Positions 24,647 to 39,083 of a stretch of 64,000 nt of DNA are shown in pieces (the stretch's first letter is position 1; every line of letters starts with the position of its first letter). Both the position numbers and the translations under genes were made by a program. The stretch is taken from NCBI GenBank assembly GCA_053919585.1, contig CM132816.1, one strand, 5' to 3'. A model generated the notes under the pieces. That model searched no databases. It saw only the letters and a list, made by a program, of their open reading frames with translations, and was not told the DNA's origin. The stretch is from Euprymna scolopes (lineage: Eukaryota).

Positions 24647-26511
24647 GTATATATTTAAAAAATTTTTTTTAGTTTACAACAGAAATATTTGTACACTAAA
24701 TATTTGACCTGTTAGAAATATGCAAAAGTTATCACCCATTGACTTAGAATAAGTGCTTTATGCCAAACTTCTAGAGTAAATGTGGTATTATGATGACTAA
24801 TCCCCATTAATCCATAATTGAAGAATGGATAACATAATACTTAGTTTGATGCACCTTATCATAACAAAGGTCCATGCAAAATTTTAGCGAGATCACTTCA
24901 ATAGTTTCTGAGAAAAAGTGGAATGAACAAAGAAATACAAGGATTGATCGAAGAGTAAAATCTCCTATTTTTTTAACTCAAAAAGTGAAGAGTTACAAAG
25001 ATGGAAGTAATACCATTAAAATGAGCAACGTTTTGTGCTCCTGAATTTTTTTTCTACATAGTCACTACCATTTTCTATGCACTTTAACCAGGAATTTGAT
25101 GACGGGGGTTGTTTTCTTAGCGTCTCACGCAGTCAGTATTAGGAGCAGAGAGATGAAGCTTTCAAATCATGAATGCATAAGTTCAGTCATCATAACAATG
25201 CAATTTACAATCCATTCAGACTGAATAAAGATAGGAGGCATTAATTTTTGGAATGCTTTCGTATAATATAGATGTTCAGCACCATATCTCCAAGCACGAC
25301 TGTCCATGCGTAAACAAAGATCGAACCCTTCATGAGGTAACCCTGTGAATGTATATTGGCATAGTTTGAATCCAGTGGATCTACAAAAGTTTAATCTTTA
25401 TAAAAAAAATCCCTGTTCTTGTCCATCCAGAATTCTCCATAATATTAAAAAACAAAAATAAAGAAAAATCTGTATTACAAAACAAAGATATCATATTCCA
25501 AAAGTTACGTAAATTATCAAGTAGGTTTATTTTTATATAAGAAAATTAAATTTTATAAGTATCTAAGAAGTGGTTATCTCACTATTTATAATAAATGTCA
25601 AGAAATAAAGGGAAATAATTCAACAATAATTTATACTTCTTAGATTTATGTTGTAATGCCTACGAATTCCTATTAATCACTTAAAAATGATTTTCCATAA
25701 AAATAAAACTATTTGATCAAAAATGAAAACTACATGATCAATTTACGTGATTTTTGGAATATGATATTTTCATTTCTTCACAGTGTACATTTTCTTTTTT
25801 GATTTTTAATATGGAGGAGTTCTGGACAAAAACAAAATTTTATTTACAAAACATTTTTAAATTTTGAAAATTTATAAAAGAATTAAAAAAATACATAATT
25901 TATTTACAAAATTTGTTTTTAAGCAAAATATTTAAACAAATAAAGCAGACAAATATTTAAAAAACATTAAAATAAAAATATGTTGTGCCAAGATTTTTTC
26001 ACATAATTTGAGAAAAATAATTAAATTGTATTAAGAAAATATTTTTTTAATATTGAATTTAATTTTGCTAAATTGGCCCAAAATTTTCAGTTTTCCGAAA
26101 AAAAATTACCTCCCTTTTCTTATGATTCAAACTCTTCGGTTTCTTTTTGCAAAATTTATTTTCACTAATAATTTTTGAAAACTATTTTCATTAATAATTA
26201 ATTTTCTACCTTATCGTTTTTAAGAATTTTTGGATATGTTCATTACTGTGACCTGACAATTCAGTAGATATGGTTAGTTTCACTTGAAATTTAATTTTTC
26301 AATTTTCGAATTTTGCTACAATAATGAAGACGAACAAGATTTTTTTCAATAAAAATCTTTATCATAAATGATAAAACCACAAGTACGAAATTAGTGTTAA
26401 GACAAAATATTTCCCTTCCGTTGTTGCTCATTTTGGGGTGCCTCAACGTGATTTGATCTTTTCTTGCTTAATAGTCATATTTGCTAATTGTTGTTTGCTG
26501 TTCTTTTTAAG

Positions 26512-26635
26512 ATCTCCCAGTCTCATAATTATGGATGAAGTCGACACGCTCTGCCCTAAACGGCAGGGCAGTAACAGTGAATTGGAGAAACGTGTTGTTT
26601 CAACACTGCTGGCTCTCATGGATGGACTTAACAAT
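26512..26635 (+). CDS. AFG2A: SPATA5 exon 7 (D1 Walker B IIMDEVD...LLALMDG)
   Basis: tttaag acceptor / AAT|gtaagg. Confidence 0.93.
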
Positions 26636-26737
26636 GTAAGGCTTATTTCAGTGTTTGTCCAGAACTCCCCCTCTTCCTCCGCCCTCACATGAAATAAACA
26701 AACACATTTGTAAGAGGTTAATGTAGATTGCTTAAAA

Positions 26738-27115
26738 CAGATGTTCTCAACCAGAGGTAAATTTAGGGTGCAAAAAATTATATAGTCGGAGGTAAATAAT
26801 TGAAGAACCTGACAATTTAAAAATAAGCATTTCTTTTCAGATTGTGTCATGTTTAAGAAACAAATTAACTTTGTAATTTTCTATTTAGAAAAAACGTTTG
26901 ATTTTCTTTATTTTTGTGATACAAATCTATAAAACTATTTTTTATACAAAACCTAAAGTTCTAAACAATAAAAAAGGTTCTTTTTGACCTTGTTTTTTTT
27001 TTTTTTTTTTTTTTGTCACTTTATGATGACAATGAATATTTTTTGTATGGGGGTAGGGGTAAATGGAGAAATACATAAAGTCAAGAGGTCAATGATGAAG
27101 AAAAAGTTGAGAATG
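26738..27115. mobile_element. Old hAT-like MITE
   Basis: CAGATGTTCTCAACC ... GTTGAGAA; possible TSD gcttaaaa/gcttgaag. Confidence 0.45.
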
Positions 27116-27164
27116 GCTTGAAGCATTATTTGGTGTGTATAAAAAAGTTAATTTATAGTTTTTT

Positions 27165-27475
27165 TGTTTTTTTTTACATAGAAGTTACCACTTATCAAGG
27201 CCCGGAGGCCACTCAAGGATAAGGGTTAATGAGTGTACAGTAGTTAAAAGTAGTAATCGTTAGCAATGGAAATTTGGTAAATTGGATTACTTAACGGGAT
27301 AGTTCAACAAGAATTTTGTTATGTTGGACTTGAAGCCAACCAAATTGTAGTCAGCTGGAAAGCAGGCAAACTGAAGAGAGTTCCACAAGTGTGCAGTTCT
27401 AAAAAAAGAAGCTTCCTTTATGGAATCTACGTTTAGGTTCAAACACAGATAATCTCCGCTTAGGTTTAGGCACAG
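27165..27475 (-). mobile_element. LINE family A 3' end
   Basis: SFFRTAHLWNSL..CFPADYNLVGFKSN; shared 3' UTR; poly-A. Confidence 0.8.
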
Positions 27476-28850
27476 TGGGGAAATTATTGAGCGGTTTATG
27501 TCGAATAGATTCCACTTTACCAGTATATAAAAAGATAGGAAAAAAAAATCAATATAAAAAGATTTGTCAGTGACCCGATCCCCCATTTTGGAACCAGTCA
27601 AGATTTGAAGAGCAAATTTCACGAATTTGGGCATTTTAAGCTGCTTGGCCATTTTTTAAACTTTTCTTTTTTCATTTTTCAGCAGAGTATCATCGTTTGG
27701 ACAGCAATCCAGCAGATTATATAAAAAAATCAATATTAAAAGATTTATAAGTTGTGCTCAATTAGTAAATCGATCTCGATCGATAGAATGCAGAGGTGTA
27801 ATGGATTCTATCAAACTGAATCAAATTAAGACGTACGATGATAGAACGAGCAGATTCACCTTTTATTGATGCATTTTGTTTTTGTACTTTCAACATTGTA
27901 TCGTGTACATTAGTATGGCCTGATCAAAGTTCTGTATTATATGGTGTTTTAGGCATTTCCCTTCCTCAGATATGTGTTCGACTTTGTTTCAAACGTGCAT
28001 ACGGGGGAGGGGGCTATTGTAAACGTGAACAGTTTCATGGTAATTGAATTGGACTTGAGATTAATTTTATTTTGTTTTAAGCAAATTTGAGTTTTTTTCC
28101 AATATGTCCCCACTCCATATGTTTAGACTGACTTTCTTAAAATCTCGCAAAAATTTGAATTATGTAGAGTTATCTCCCTTATCCCTTTGGACTGTTTTGT
28201 TTGTGGTTTAACCATAGAATTTGATTTTCTTATTTAAAAAATAAAACTATTTGATATGTTTACACGAGTTTTGGTGTACAATATTTTTGTTTGTTCATAG
28301 CGGTGGGAGGGGGGAGGGTGTACAAGCACCCTGATTTCAATTTTGTATTGGATTTTGAATTGTAATGCTTAGAAGAAAAATCATGTTTATTGTTGAGATG
28401 ATATTGAACGCTCACACATTTTCATGATCATTTGTACTAGTTGACTTTGCAGTTCCACTATCGTTCGGCAAAGTTCATCATTTGAAAAATATTTTAATTA
28501 TAAACATTTCATTCAAAAACAAAAACATGTGAGAAAAACTTTTGCATTTATTCATATTTCTGCTATTATATATGTATGCCACCTTGTAGGTGTGTGAATT
28601 CCTTCCTTATACGTTCCGAAACGGCTGAGCTTATCTTTTGCAAATTTCACACACAGGTAATTTATGTCTGGCAGTGTTCCTAGATATGTTTTATACAGAA
28701 ATTCATCTGATAAGTAGTGAAAATCAAAAAAATCCAATCCTAAAAATAGTTTTTTTTCTTATAGATAACAAATAATTTTTATAGGGGAATTTTTATATGT
28801 TAGACCGACAAGGGAAATGAGAAAATCTTAATGATTTCTTATTTACATCT

Positions 28851-28926
28851 GGAGATATACCTCAGTTGTAGCGCATTCAACTGCAGATTGAATGATCCCA
28901 TGTTCAAGGCAGAGTCTACCTCACCA
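28851..28926 (+). pseudogene. tRNA-Cys(GCA)-derived pseudogene
   Basis: Anticodon arm ttcaa-CTGCAGA-ttgaa; A-box-like tacctcagttgtag; B-box-like gttcaagg; T-arm and acceptor stem degenerate. Confidence 0.7.
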
Positions 28927-29697
28927 TTTTATTTTATTTTATTCTTATTGATGAGTTCAATTTACAATAATAATACATATGCAATCTGCATAAATTAAAA
29001 CATGTTTAATCATATTGCATGACTGGGCAACACTGGGTGTCCAGCTAGTAAATTGATAAACATTTACATATTGATAATTATATATATATATAATAATAAT
29101 AATAATAATATATATAAACAAGAAAAAATGGCAATTTTCATGAACCGTGTTCATGCAATTAACATTGTTCAAAATGGTGTTTTTTCTAATTTTTTTAAGC
29201 TAAATATCTAATAAGTATGTGACAGCAAAGACATATTTGCAGACGTATTGTAATGGCTACCTTTTGAAAAGTAATAAATGACCAATTGAGAAAAATTGAT
29301 CTTTTGAATTTAGAGAATTATTATATTAGACTATATATTAGTCAACGATTCCAATATTTTTCTGACTCTGATACAATTACTGATTCCAATCTAAACATTT
29401 AACTATAGAGTAGTTATTTTTTTCCGATTACTGTAAAAACACGTTAAATGTGCAGATATTTTATCCAGTTAGAAATACACTATAGATTTTAGTTTTACTG
29501 ATAGTTTAAAAGCAATAAATATTTATTATTTTATTATTACCACTAGCAGTAGAAGACTTTGTATTTAAACAAAATCAAAATAAAAAGACAATTATAAGAA
29601 TCGTTTTGAGCATCGAGAAATAGGCATAACTTTTTCTCATTTTGATATTCTGAAAATTTTCGATTTTTTTTTCCATTCCAATTAAGCATCCCAGCAC

Positions 29698-29736
<39 letters not shown>

Positions 29737-29742
29737 CAATGA

Positions 29743-29970
<228 letters not shown>

Positions 29971-30550
29971 TGAACAAATTGTGAAAACTTATGATTTTAT
30001 TTTGTTCAAATCTTTTATTCAAAAATGTCTTGAATTTCAAACCATATTTTCAAAATTTAACTAAAAAATTGCATTTTAAAGATTGAATCTCAAATTTTCT
30101 CAAGGGATTTATCTTACAAAGAATTTAATTAAAGTTATCAAACTGGAGCAATTTCTAAATAAAACAATAAAACATCCGAATTTTGAATCTTCTTTTTTAT
30201 TTTATAATGGATTCACTAAAAACTAATTGGAAATATGGAGGCGTAAAAGGAATGAATTCTAATGTTATAAATGTGAAGTAGTGAATAGCTTTAATATAAA
30301 AAAAAAATCTACATAAAATTTGTTTCGTTTCAGATAATAAAAAAAAATGTCTCTAGATGATTTTTATGTATTCACTAAAAACTAAGATTTTTAATTTGAA
30401 ATATAAAAGCCTACAATCTTTTCATAATGTTACTTCGTCCAAACATTTCAATTATACATGTTTTATTTTATTATTTAAAAAAAAACATTTCAATTATAAA
30501 AATATTTTATTTGATTATTTAAAAAACATTTCGACATTTATTTGGGATTA

Positions 30551-30660
30551 GGTCTTTATCTAAGGGAGATAACTAACATTTACTATATGTTATTTTGTTG
30601 CGGATAATTTAGAGCCGCTTTAGGACGCTGAAATGATCAGCAGAACAATGGAACAATTTT
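30551..30660. mobile_element. Isolated TIR related to the Merlin element
   Basis: atctaagggagataacta...ggacgctgaa...cagaacaatg resembles 2745-2832. Confidence 0.5.
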
Positions 30661-31507
30661 TTTTTTATTTGATACAAAGAAACTTCATTATTTTATAGAA
30701 ATCTAATATATACTGACAAATTCATTTTGTCAGGACACTGAAAAGGAAGATTTTAAAATAAATTATAAAATTCATCTTTCAAACCACTAATTATGCAGAG
30801 TTGTTTTTCGATTAGCCAAAGAAAATTTTTTTTTTTTTTAAAAAAGCAAAAAACTTCATTTATGCTGAACGTGTTTTTCCGTATTTAATAAAGAAAATTA
30901 AGAATAAACAAAATTCCTAAATTTTATTTTTTTAATAAGAAAAATACTTAATTAAAATAAAATATTTTGTCATTAGAAAAAAATTACAATTTATTTACTT
31001 ATTTTCTCTTTTTGCGAAAGAAACAAAAAAGTGTTGCATTTTCTTGGTCCCTGCTGTATATATTAAAGAAAATTAGAAATAATAAAAATTTTCGGATATA
31101 ATTTTTTTAATATGAAAAATAATTAAAATGAAACATTTTGTAATTAGAAATAAAGGTAAATTTTTACTTGGTTTCCACCTGAACATTTTCCTTAAAAATG
31201 ACAACTTGTGCAGGTTATTGAGTATGCTAAAAACGAATATCGCATTTAAATTTCCCGCAAATTAGTAGTTTTACAGATATTAAACAATGTAATTCCTTAT
31301 GTTAAAAGTGGTGGCTATTATTGTACGTGCAAGTGTGCACATATTTTTGGCTTACATTTACAAAGATTTAGTATCACCTCAAACATGCTATGGTAGAAAC
31401 AAAAACATTTTCAATGAAATTAAAACATTTTATTTAATGACACTCAAATTTTAAAATGTTTTAATTTCAATGAAATTAAAAGAAATCATTTTTAATTTTC
31501 TGTTTAG

Positions 31508-31625
31508 ATACTTCAGAAAATGTTGCAGAAAATTCCAAATACAATTTTGCCTGAAGAATTGAAAGAAATTTCTGATGCTGCTCATGGGTTTGTTGGCGCT
31601 GATTTATTGGCTGTCTGTAAAGAAG
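31508..31625 (+). CDS. AFG2A: SPATA5 exon 9 (ILQKML...AHGFVGADLLAVCKE, D1 lid)
   Basis: gtttag / G|gtaaga. Confidence 0.93.
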
Positions 31626-33539
31626 GTAAGAATTGTAAATTTCTTAAATGTATCTGCGTTAAAAGCGTTGTCATCATCATCATCAAACTATAAACAATGT
31701 CTTTGTAAGTTATAATTTTTATCAGTCCAAAAAGAAATCATTGCAATAAACACGTTTGCCACTTTTCAGAGAAAGTTTACTTCAATTGGATGGAATTCTG
31801 ACATCCAAGATTCCTAAATTTATTTTTTAAACCTATTTTGAAATGAAATTGTTTCCTTTATTCTTAACTAGCAGGGCCTGGGGCAAAAGTGTAACATATT
31901 TCTGTCAATTCTATCTCTCTCTCTCTCTCTCATATATATATATCTCAGCTTTGTGGGTATTTGTTTTGTAGTTGTTTTTTTTTACTTTTAGCTGGACATA
32001 CACACACTTTGTATAATAGAAGATACACTATCATTATTTAGCATTGCTTTGTGTTACAATATGAAGGTGAGGTATTTTTGTTCTGCGGAAATGTTCCCTT
32101 GTGCAGAATCTTATGACTCTACAAGCCTAACAGTATCTCCCTACATTCTTGTAACATATTAATAAAAAAAAACAATAAATAGCAAAGAAATATATGTCAA
32201 CCATATGACACATTGTCTTAGTTCAGATCAGCATTGTCATGAAATAACCAAGTGAAGCATATGGACGGCAAAATGAAAGAAAACAACAACTGATATAAAA
32301 TAATTTTATTACACAATAACATTTAATCTCCCCATTACAAAATCATCATGCAGTCCTTAATAAGCAGAGAGTGTGGCGACCAAAAAGAATTTGTAAATAA
32401 AATAAAAGAAATATCTTTCTTTTTTTTTTTTTTTGTTCTTCTCTATAAGAAAGGATTATCCAGTTTAAAAAGAACATGAAGATTAATAACAAGAAGGTTA
32501 TATGAATCATCTGAACTGTCCAATGGAGAGAGGGCTTGGAGAGGGGGGATATAAATTTTAAAATACTTAGTTGAATAATATGTGCGATATCTAAAGAGAA
32601 AGTTCATCCAAAGGAAATAATAATCCAATTTCAAAGGATTTTGAAAAGTCAGTAGGCACCATGTAGTCTGGATATAAATCCACATGTCTTGCCAGTGTCT
32701 TCTTCAGCGATATCAGCATTGTCTCTCTCTTTTGTCGACAAGTAACTCCATGGCAGATCGGGAGATCAGTAACCCCACTTCACATCTCTTTATTAAACTT
32801 GTTTACTTTTCCAGCAAATATTTCCGCAAACTCTTCTTCAATAAGTAGTTATCCATGGAATATCAGGAGATTGCTTCCTTTATCTTGTACAAGATAATCC
32901 TTCTTTTTGCATCCTTAACACAACATGGTGACACCTCTTTTGATATTCTTGTGTCATACATTATCAGTTCTTTGCACCACTGTGCAAGGTGGTCAAGTCT
33001 GCATTTAATTCACCTGACTTTGTCTATTCCAGTCCTATGGATTGGTTTGGACACATGGTACATGAGCAGTTTTTATCATAGTTTGATCACAGCACAATGG
33101 CGTGGGGGATGCCAGCCTCTTTGCATCTTCACTGTAGGCTGTGAATTATTCCTATATTCTTTTAACCACGTACTTGGTTTTTGTGCTAAAATATTCCTTG
33201 AATTACTTTCTTTTTCTCTCTCATTACCTTCAGGAGGAAAAAGGGTGTAAAAAAAAAGAGAGGGGAAGGAATGGAGTCATATCGGGTTAGGAGGCGTTGT
33301 GGGGTTGATCCTGTCTGGACTGTTTCAGGTTTAGGTTTTTAAAACCGTGGACGTTCTGAAGAAGGCTTGTCCAGTGATCAAAAAAGAAATAAGTAAAAAC
33401 AAAATGAGAAAAGGGTTCTCCTACTCCCTCGCATTATAGCTTAGTTGTCATCCTGCGTCACATTTGTAACATGGATAAAAAAGAGAGTGCAACATTTTTT
33501 AAAGCCTCTCTCCAAAAATGGTTTTCGGTTTAGTCTAGC

Positions 33540-33965
33540 GATCTGAGGGAAGAAACCTCAGAGTAGAAGGTTTTCAGGAATCTAGGGTCCTTAACAATAA
33601 AGGGGTGGGATTTTGCTAGTTGTTAGATTAGTCGGCAGTGTGTACATCAAGGAGGCGCAAGTGCTATGAGTTCTTCAGAGTACATTCCATTAAAGTACTT
33701 GCAAAACAGGTACAGGAATGCAACACTGTGTTGATGGGACAGATGTTCGAGGTTGACCGATAGTGCAGAATCTATTAGGTTTAAGATTTTTTTGGACCCT
33801 ATCTAAGAGTGAGAGACTAGGAGCAGATGCACCAGCCAAGATGTTGTAACAATATCCATGTGCAAATAGTTGCTTTATAGAGATACAGGATATTCTGTGG
33901 GGTGAGTAATTTCTAGCACGATAAAGAGAGTTCACCTTCTCTGCAGCAGCTTTGTCAGTGTCCTC
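33540..33965 (-). mobile_element. LINE family B fragment
   Basis: NSLYRARNY..LAGASAPSLSLLDRVQK. Confidence 0.75.
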
Positions 33966-34069
33966 AGTTGTGCCATTGATTTACTTTTGGACATTCTTCT
34001 TGCCCAAAAAATTTCCTGCATGTGTTTTTACTTATTGTTTTCCTTTCTGAAAATTCTATTTTTCTGCAG

Positions 34070-34194
34070 CAAATCTGCAAGCAATTAAAACCAAAGACAA
34101 ATCGCAAATTACATTATCTGCAAGCCATTTAACTTACGGCCTAAATATGGTTCAACCGAGTGCAATGCGACAAGTTCAGCTTGAAGTACCTAAG
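34070..34194 (+). CDS. AFG2A: SPATA5 exon 10 (...VQPSAMRQVQLEVPK, D1-D2 linker)
   Basis: ctgcag / AAG|gtaaga. Confidence 0.92.
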
Positions 34195-34271
34195 GTAAGA
34201 AATCGTATTTACATCTGATTTGTACGTTTCTTAGATGCAAAATGTTTGAAAAAAAGTGACAGTAATAAATA

Positions 34272-35135
34272 TGTGGTGCCTTCAGTAAGTTTGCAGACTT
34301 TTTTTGCATGGGAAGTAATGTCTTGCAGCTGCAATGCACTTGTTGGAAGGCCCCATGGAAGTCCTCTTTCGTGAGCGTGTCAATGACCCTTGTCACAGCC
34401 TCTAAGGTTTTCCTTAAGCTTAGGGAATAACCAAAAGTTACAAAGGAGCAAGGTCTGGACTATAGGGAGAGTGAGGAACTGTCTTGATGTCCATCTTGGT
34501 CAAATAGTCTGTGACAAGGATGGAGTTCTCTGAGCAACTTCACATAAATCTTCTGCATCTTCAGTTCCTTAGGAATAATTGTGTGTACAGTTCCCAAACT
34601 GACATCAAACTGTGCATTTATTGTCTCTATAGACACACCACAGTCCTTATCCATGAAATTCTTTATTTGACCAATCAACTCCGGTATTCTGATTTCCTTA
34701 CTCCTCCCACATCTCTCATCCCTCATAGACTCCCTGCCTTCCTTGAATCTCTTATACCACTCAAAACCTGATACTTGATTCATGCAAGATGGTCCAAAAA
34801 TAATCTGAAGCATTTTTTTTTACATTTCTGCAGCATTTTTTTTTCAAGTTTAAAACAGAATTTTATTGCATAGTGTTCTTCTAAAGTTCACACAGGAAAC
34901 TCTAGTCCTTTTCAAAATACTCTCACGTATAGATTGCATTTTTGAAATTCACCAGCTGTGACCATCAGGCTTTAGTTGGATGTATTCCAATTCCTGCTGT
35001 AGCTGTCCATTTGAATAGGAATCATAAAAATTGGTCAGTTATCTCATAACGTATAGCAAAAACATACTGAATTTTCAGAAGTCTACGAGAATTTTAATGT
35101 ACAAAAAAGTCTGGAAACTTATTGAAGGAACCGTG
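34272..35135 (-). mobile_element. Mariner element, internally deleted
   Basis: TA-flanked TIRs (gtggtgccttcagtaagtttgcagac / gtctggaaacttattgaaggaaccgtg); HTH remnant FEWYKRFKEGRES. Confidence 0.85.
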
Positions 35136-35339
35136 TACAATGACTAGAAAGGCAATAGATATAAATTGTGAAGAAAAGAACCCTTTATTTAATCTACAGG
35201 GATTTTGTTCAAAATTCCAAATAATATAAATTATCAATTTTCATCTCCAAAATTCAGAAACATAAAAAAATGTAATTTAATGAACACATTTTTAAAATTA
35301 TTTTATTTTAGATTTTTTTAAAAAGATTTTTTTTCTAAT

Positions 35340-36427
35340 TTTTTTTTTTTTTTTACATGGTCATCACCACTTATCAAGGCCAAAAGGCCACTCGAGGATA
35401 AGGGTTAAAGTGTGTACAGTAGAAGTTGAACAATATAGTAATCATTAGTAATGGAAATTCGTTAAATTTGTTAACAAGTGGAATGGCTCATTAAGAACTT
35501 GTTTACGTTAGACTTGAAGACAACCATATTGTAGACAGCTGGAAAGCAGGAAAATGGTAGACAGTTTCACAGGCATGCAGTTCTAAGAAAGAAGTTTTGT
35601 TCATGGAATCTACGTTTAGGTTTAGGCACAAATAAAGAGTGGGGAGAATTATTGATAGTGTTTTCAGCTAGAGGAGTGTTTCTTGTGAAAGTTTGGCGAG
35701 GGGGGACCATAGACTGAAGCTGTTGAACACTTTCCATGAAAATAATGATACAGCAGAGACAAACTTGTAACATCTCTTCTGTGAGACAGAGGTTGCAGGA
35801 AGAGAAAAGGACATCTCCTACGAGGCTACGAAGTCTATTTTGAACTCTATCAAGGCAGGACAAGTCCTTTCTAGCAGCTCCTGCCCAGATGTGGCAACAG
35901 TATTCCATCCTTGGACGTACCTGGCTCTTATATAGATAGAGAATAGCATCAGCAGTGAGATATTTACCGGATCGATAGAAAGATCCCACCATTTTTCCAG
36001 CGGCCTTGGCAACAGATTTGATGTACGTGTTCCATTTAAGATCAGGAGTAAAGGTCAAGCCCAGAAGCTTGTCAAAACTTGAGGCCTCCTGAAGACGAGA
36101 GCCATTCATTTCAATTGATGCCAAATGTGGATTAGAATGTTGATGATGTAAAGAGAGAAGCTTGGTTTTAGATGCATTAAAAGTAACCAGCCACTCCTTT
36201 CCCCATTGTACCACGTGCTCAAGATCAGAGGAGAGAGAATCGGAGAGAACTTGGTCGTTTACTGTCTTAGATGTGTTACCATAGATGGTAATGTCATCAG
36301 CATAAATGTCTACAAATGATGTAAGGATGTGATGTGGAGGATCATTAATGTAGATCAGGAAGAGAGTTGGGCCCAGGATGGACCCCTGAGGGACTCCAGC
36401 ATTAATACTGTGAGCATCGATCATCAT
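35340..36427 (-). mobile_element. CR1/Jockey-group LINE (family A), 5'-truncated, RT C-half to poly-A
   Basis: ORF 35567-36427: GVPQGSILGPTLFLIYIND..YADD..RPRMEYCCHIWAG; 3' UTR and poly-A. Confidence 0.93.
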
Positions 36428-37086
36428 ATTGCAAATGATATTCTTTTTTAGTTTGTTATATATGTATTGATTTCATAAAAATTTTAAAGCAGAAAATTAT
36501 AGCTTTTGTTTTTGCAGAAAATGATTGAGTTTTTCAAAGAGAAAGGAAAAAACAATAACCTCAATGTTTGATGCATTTTTGGTTAGGAAGCTAGTATCTT
36601 CAGACAGCCTGATCTGGTAGCAGCATATGCTTTAACAAGTATTACCACTCTTGAACCAAGTGAACCTGAGAGCAATGATAACTAAAGGGCAACTCAACAT
36701 TCCACACATAGGCTCTGACAATTACGTGTCTTTTCTAAGATCATATACAGGACTCATATTTTATTTTTAATATTTTTTAAGTTATTTTTTTATAATTTCA
36801 GCATAAATTATCATATTTACATAATAATTTCATAAAAAATTTCATAAAAATATAGTTTTGTTACTAAAAAAATTTTTTCCAATTGAAATTTATGTAAAAT
36901 TCAAAGTTCAAATATCATCAAAATCAACAACTGCGTTCTTTTTTTAAGTTAAAATTTTCAGTAAACTTCACATAATCCCCGTTTTAATCCCAAATATTTT
37001 CAATATTTTTTATAGAAATTGAAACCAAGCAATATTACAATTTTAACATGAATAAAATCATTTAACATTTTAATTTTGATTTTTAC

Positions 37087-37206
37087 TAGCGTGAGGCACC
37101 TGGTCTTTCCTGATCATAAAATATGCTTAAATATATTTGAATTGATGCAGATTTCATATTAATTATTATAAAGCCAATCCTCTATTAAATATTATATTGT
37201 ATCTAT
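37087..37206 (-). mobile_element. Helitron 3' fragment related to the 20803 family
   Basis: ctagcg...tcataaaatatgcttaaatatatt matches 20803-20860. Confidence 0.55.
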
Positions 37207-38441
37207 TATATAGTAATGATTTCTAAAAATATATAGTAATGATTTCTAAAAATATATAGTAATGATTTCTAAAAATATATAGTAATGATTTCTAAAAATA
37301 TATAGTAATGATTTCTAAAAATATATAGTAATGATTTCTAAAAATATATAGTAATGATTTCTAAAAATATATAGTAATGATTTCTAAAAATATATAGTAA
37401 TGATTTCAAAAAATATATAGTAATGATTTCAAAAAATATATAGTAATGATTTCAAAAAATATATATAGTAATGGTTTCAAAAAATATATATAGTAATGGT
37501 TTCAAAATATATATAATAATGATTTCAAAATATATATATATAATAATGATTTCAAAATATATATATAGTAATGATTTAAAAAAATATATAGTAATGATTT
37601 AAAAAAATATATAGTAATGATTTAAAAAAATATATAGTAATGATTTAAAAAAATATATAGTAATGATTTAAAAAAATATATAGTAATGATTTAAAAAGAT
37701 ATATAGTAATGATTTAAAAAGATATATAGTAAGGATTTCAAAATATATATAGTAAGGATTTCAAAAAATATATAGTAAGGATTTCAAAAAATATATAGTA
37801 ATGATTTCAAAAAATATATAGTAATGATTTCAAAAAATATATAGTAATGATTTCAAAAAATATATAGTAATGATTTCAAAATATATATAGTAATGATTTC
37901 AAAATATATATAGTAATGATTTAAAAATATGTATATAGTAATGATTTAAAAATATGTATATAGTAATGATTTAAAAAATATATATATATATATATAGAAA
38001 TGATTTAAAAAAATAAATAGTAATGATTTAAAAAAATATATAGTAATGATTTCAAAAAATATATATAGTAATGATTTCAAAAAATATATATAGTAATGAT
38101 TTCAAAAAATATATATAGTAATGATTTCAAAAAATATATATAGTAATGATTTCAAAAAATATATATAGTAATGATTTCAAAAAATATATATAGTAATGAT
38201 TTCAAAAAATATATATAGTAATGATTTCAAAAAATATATATAGTAATGATTTCAAAAAAAATATATAGTAATGATTTCAAAAAATATATATAGTAATGAT
38301 TTAAAAAAAATATATATAGTAATGATTTAAAAAAATATATATATAGTAATGATTTAAAAAATATATATATAGTAATGATTTAAAAAATATATATATAGTA
38401 ATGATTTAAAAAAATATATAGTAATGATTTCAAAAAAATAT
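37207..38441. repeat. AT-rich ~22-26-bp satellite (atatatagtaatgatttcaaaaa), about 50 copies
   Basis: Tandem array with blocks of variants. Confidence 0.96.
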
Positions 38442-38841
38442 GGTTGCTTGGCAATATGAAATGACATCTTCCGGGGCCTGCAACTATTGATCAAAGGTGG
38501 AGATATTCATCTTGTATAAAGTTGTAAGGCACAGCCGCTTGAGGATGTTTTGTTTACTTAATTTATTCATTTCTTTTTCTTCCAATATTTTCCCCAAAGA
38601 TCGTTTGATCCTTTGCCATGCATTGATTGGCTGATTGGTGTCTTAAGTCAGATTACAGTCAAACCTGAGCGTATGACATCATGTTCCAAGCAAAGCCAAG
38701 CGGACAGTTCAAATTCTGAACAAGTACTGTTTCAGCATATAAAAATAAAATAAAGTAATGATTTTATTCATTTTAAAATTGCATCATTTTTGGTTTCAAT
38801 TTCTTTTCTAAATATTCATACATGTATGATACTTCATAAGA

Positions 38842-39083
38842 TAAACATTTCTTTATAAACATTTCTTTATAAACATTTCTTTAAAAACATTTCTTTATAA
38901 ACATTTCTTTATAAACGTTTCTTTATAAACGTTTCTTTACAAACGTTTCTTTACAAACGTTTCTTTACAAACGTTTCTTTATAAACGTTTCTTTATAAAC
39001 ATTTCTTCATAAACATTTCTTCATAAACATTTCTTCATAAACATTTCTTCATAAACATTTCTTCATAAACATTTCTTTATAAA
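38842..39083. repeat. 14-bp minisatellite (taaacatttcttta), about 17 copies
   Basis: Tandem copies visible directly. Confidence 0.95.

Noticed and set aside
32690-33250. 131-aa ORF or possible integrase remnant
   Set aside because: No recognisable motifs or splice context; probably a decayed TE.
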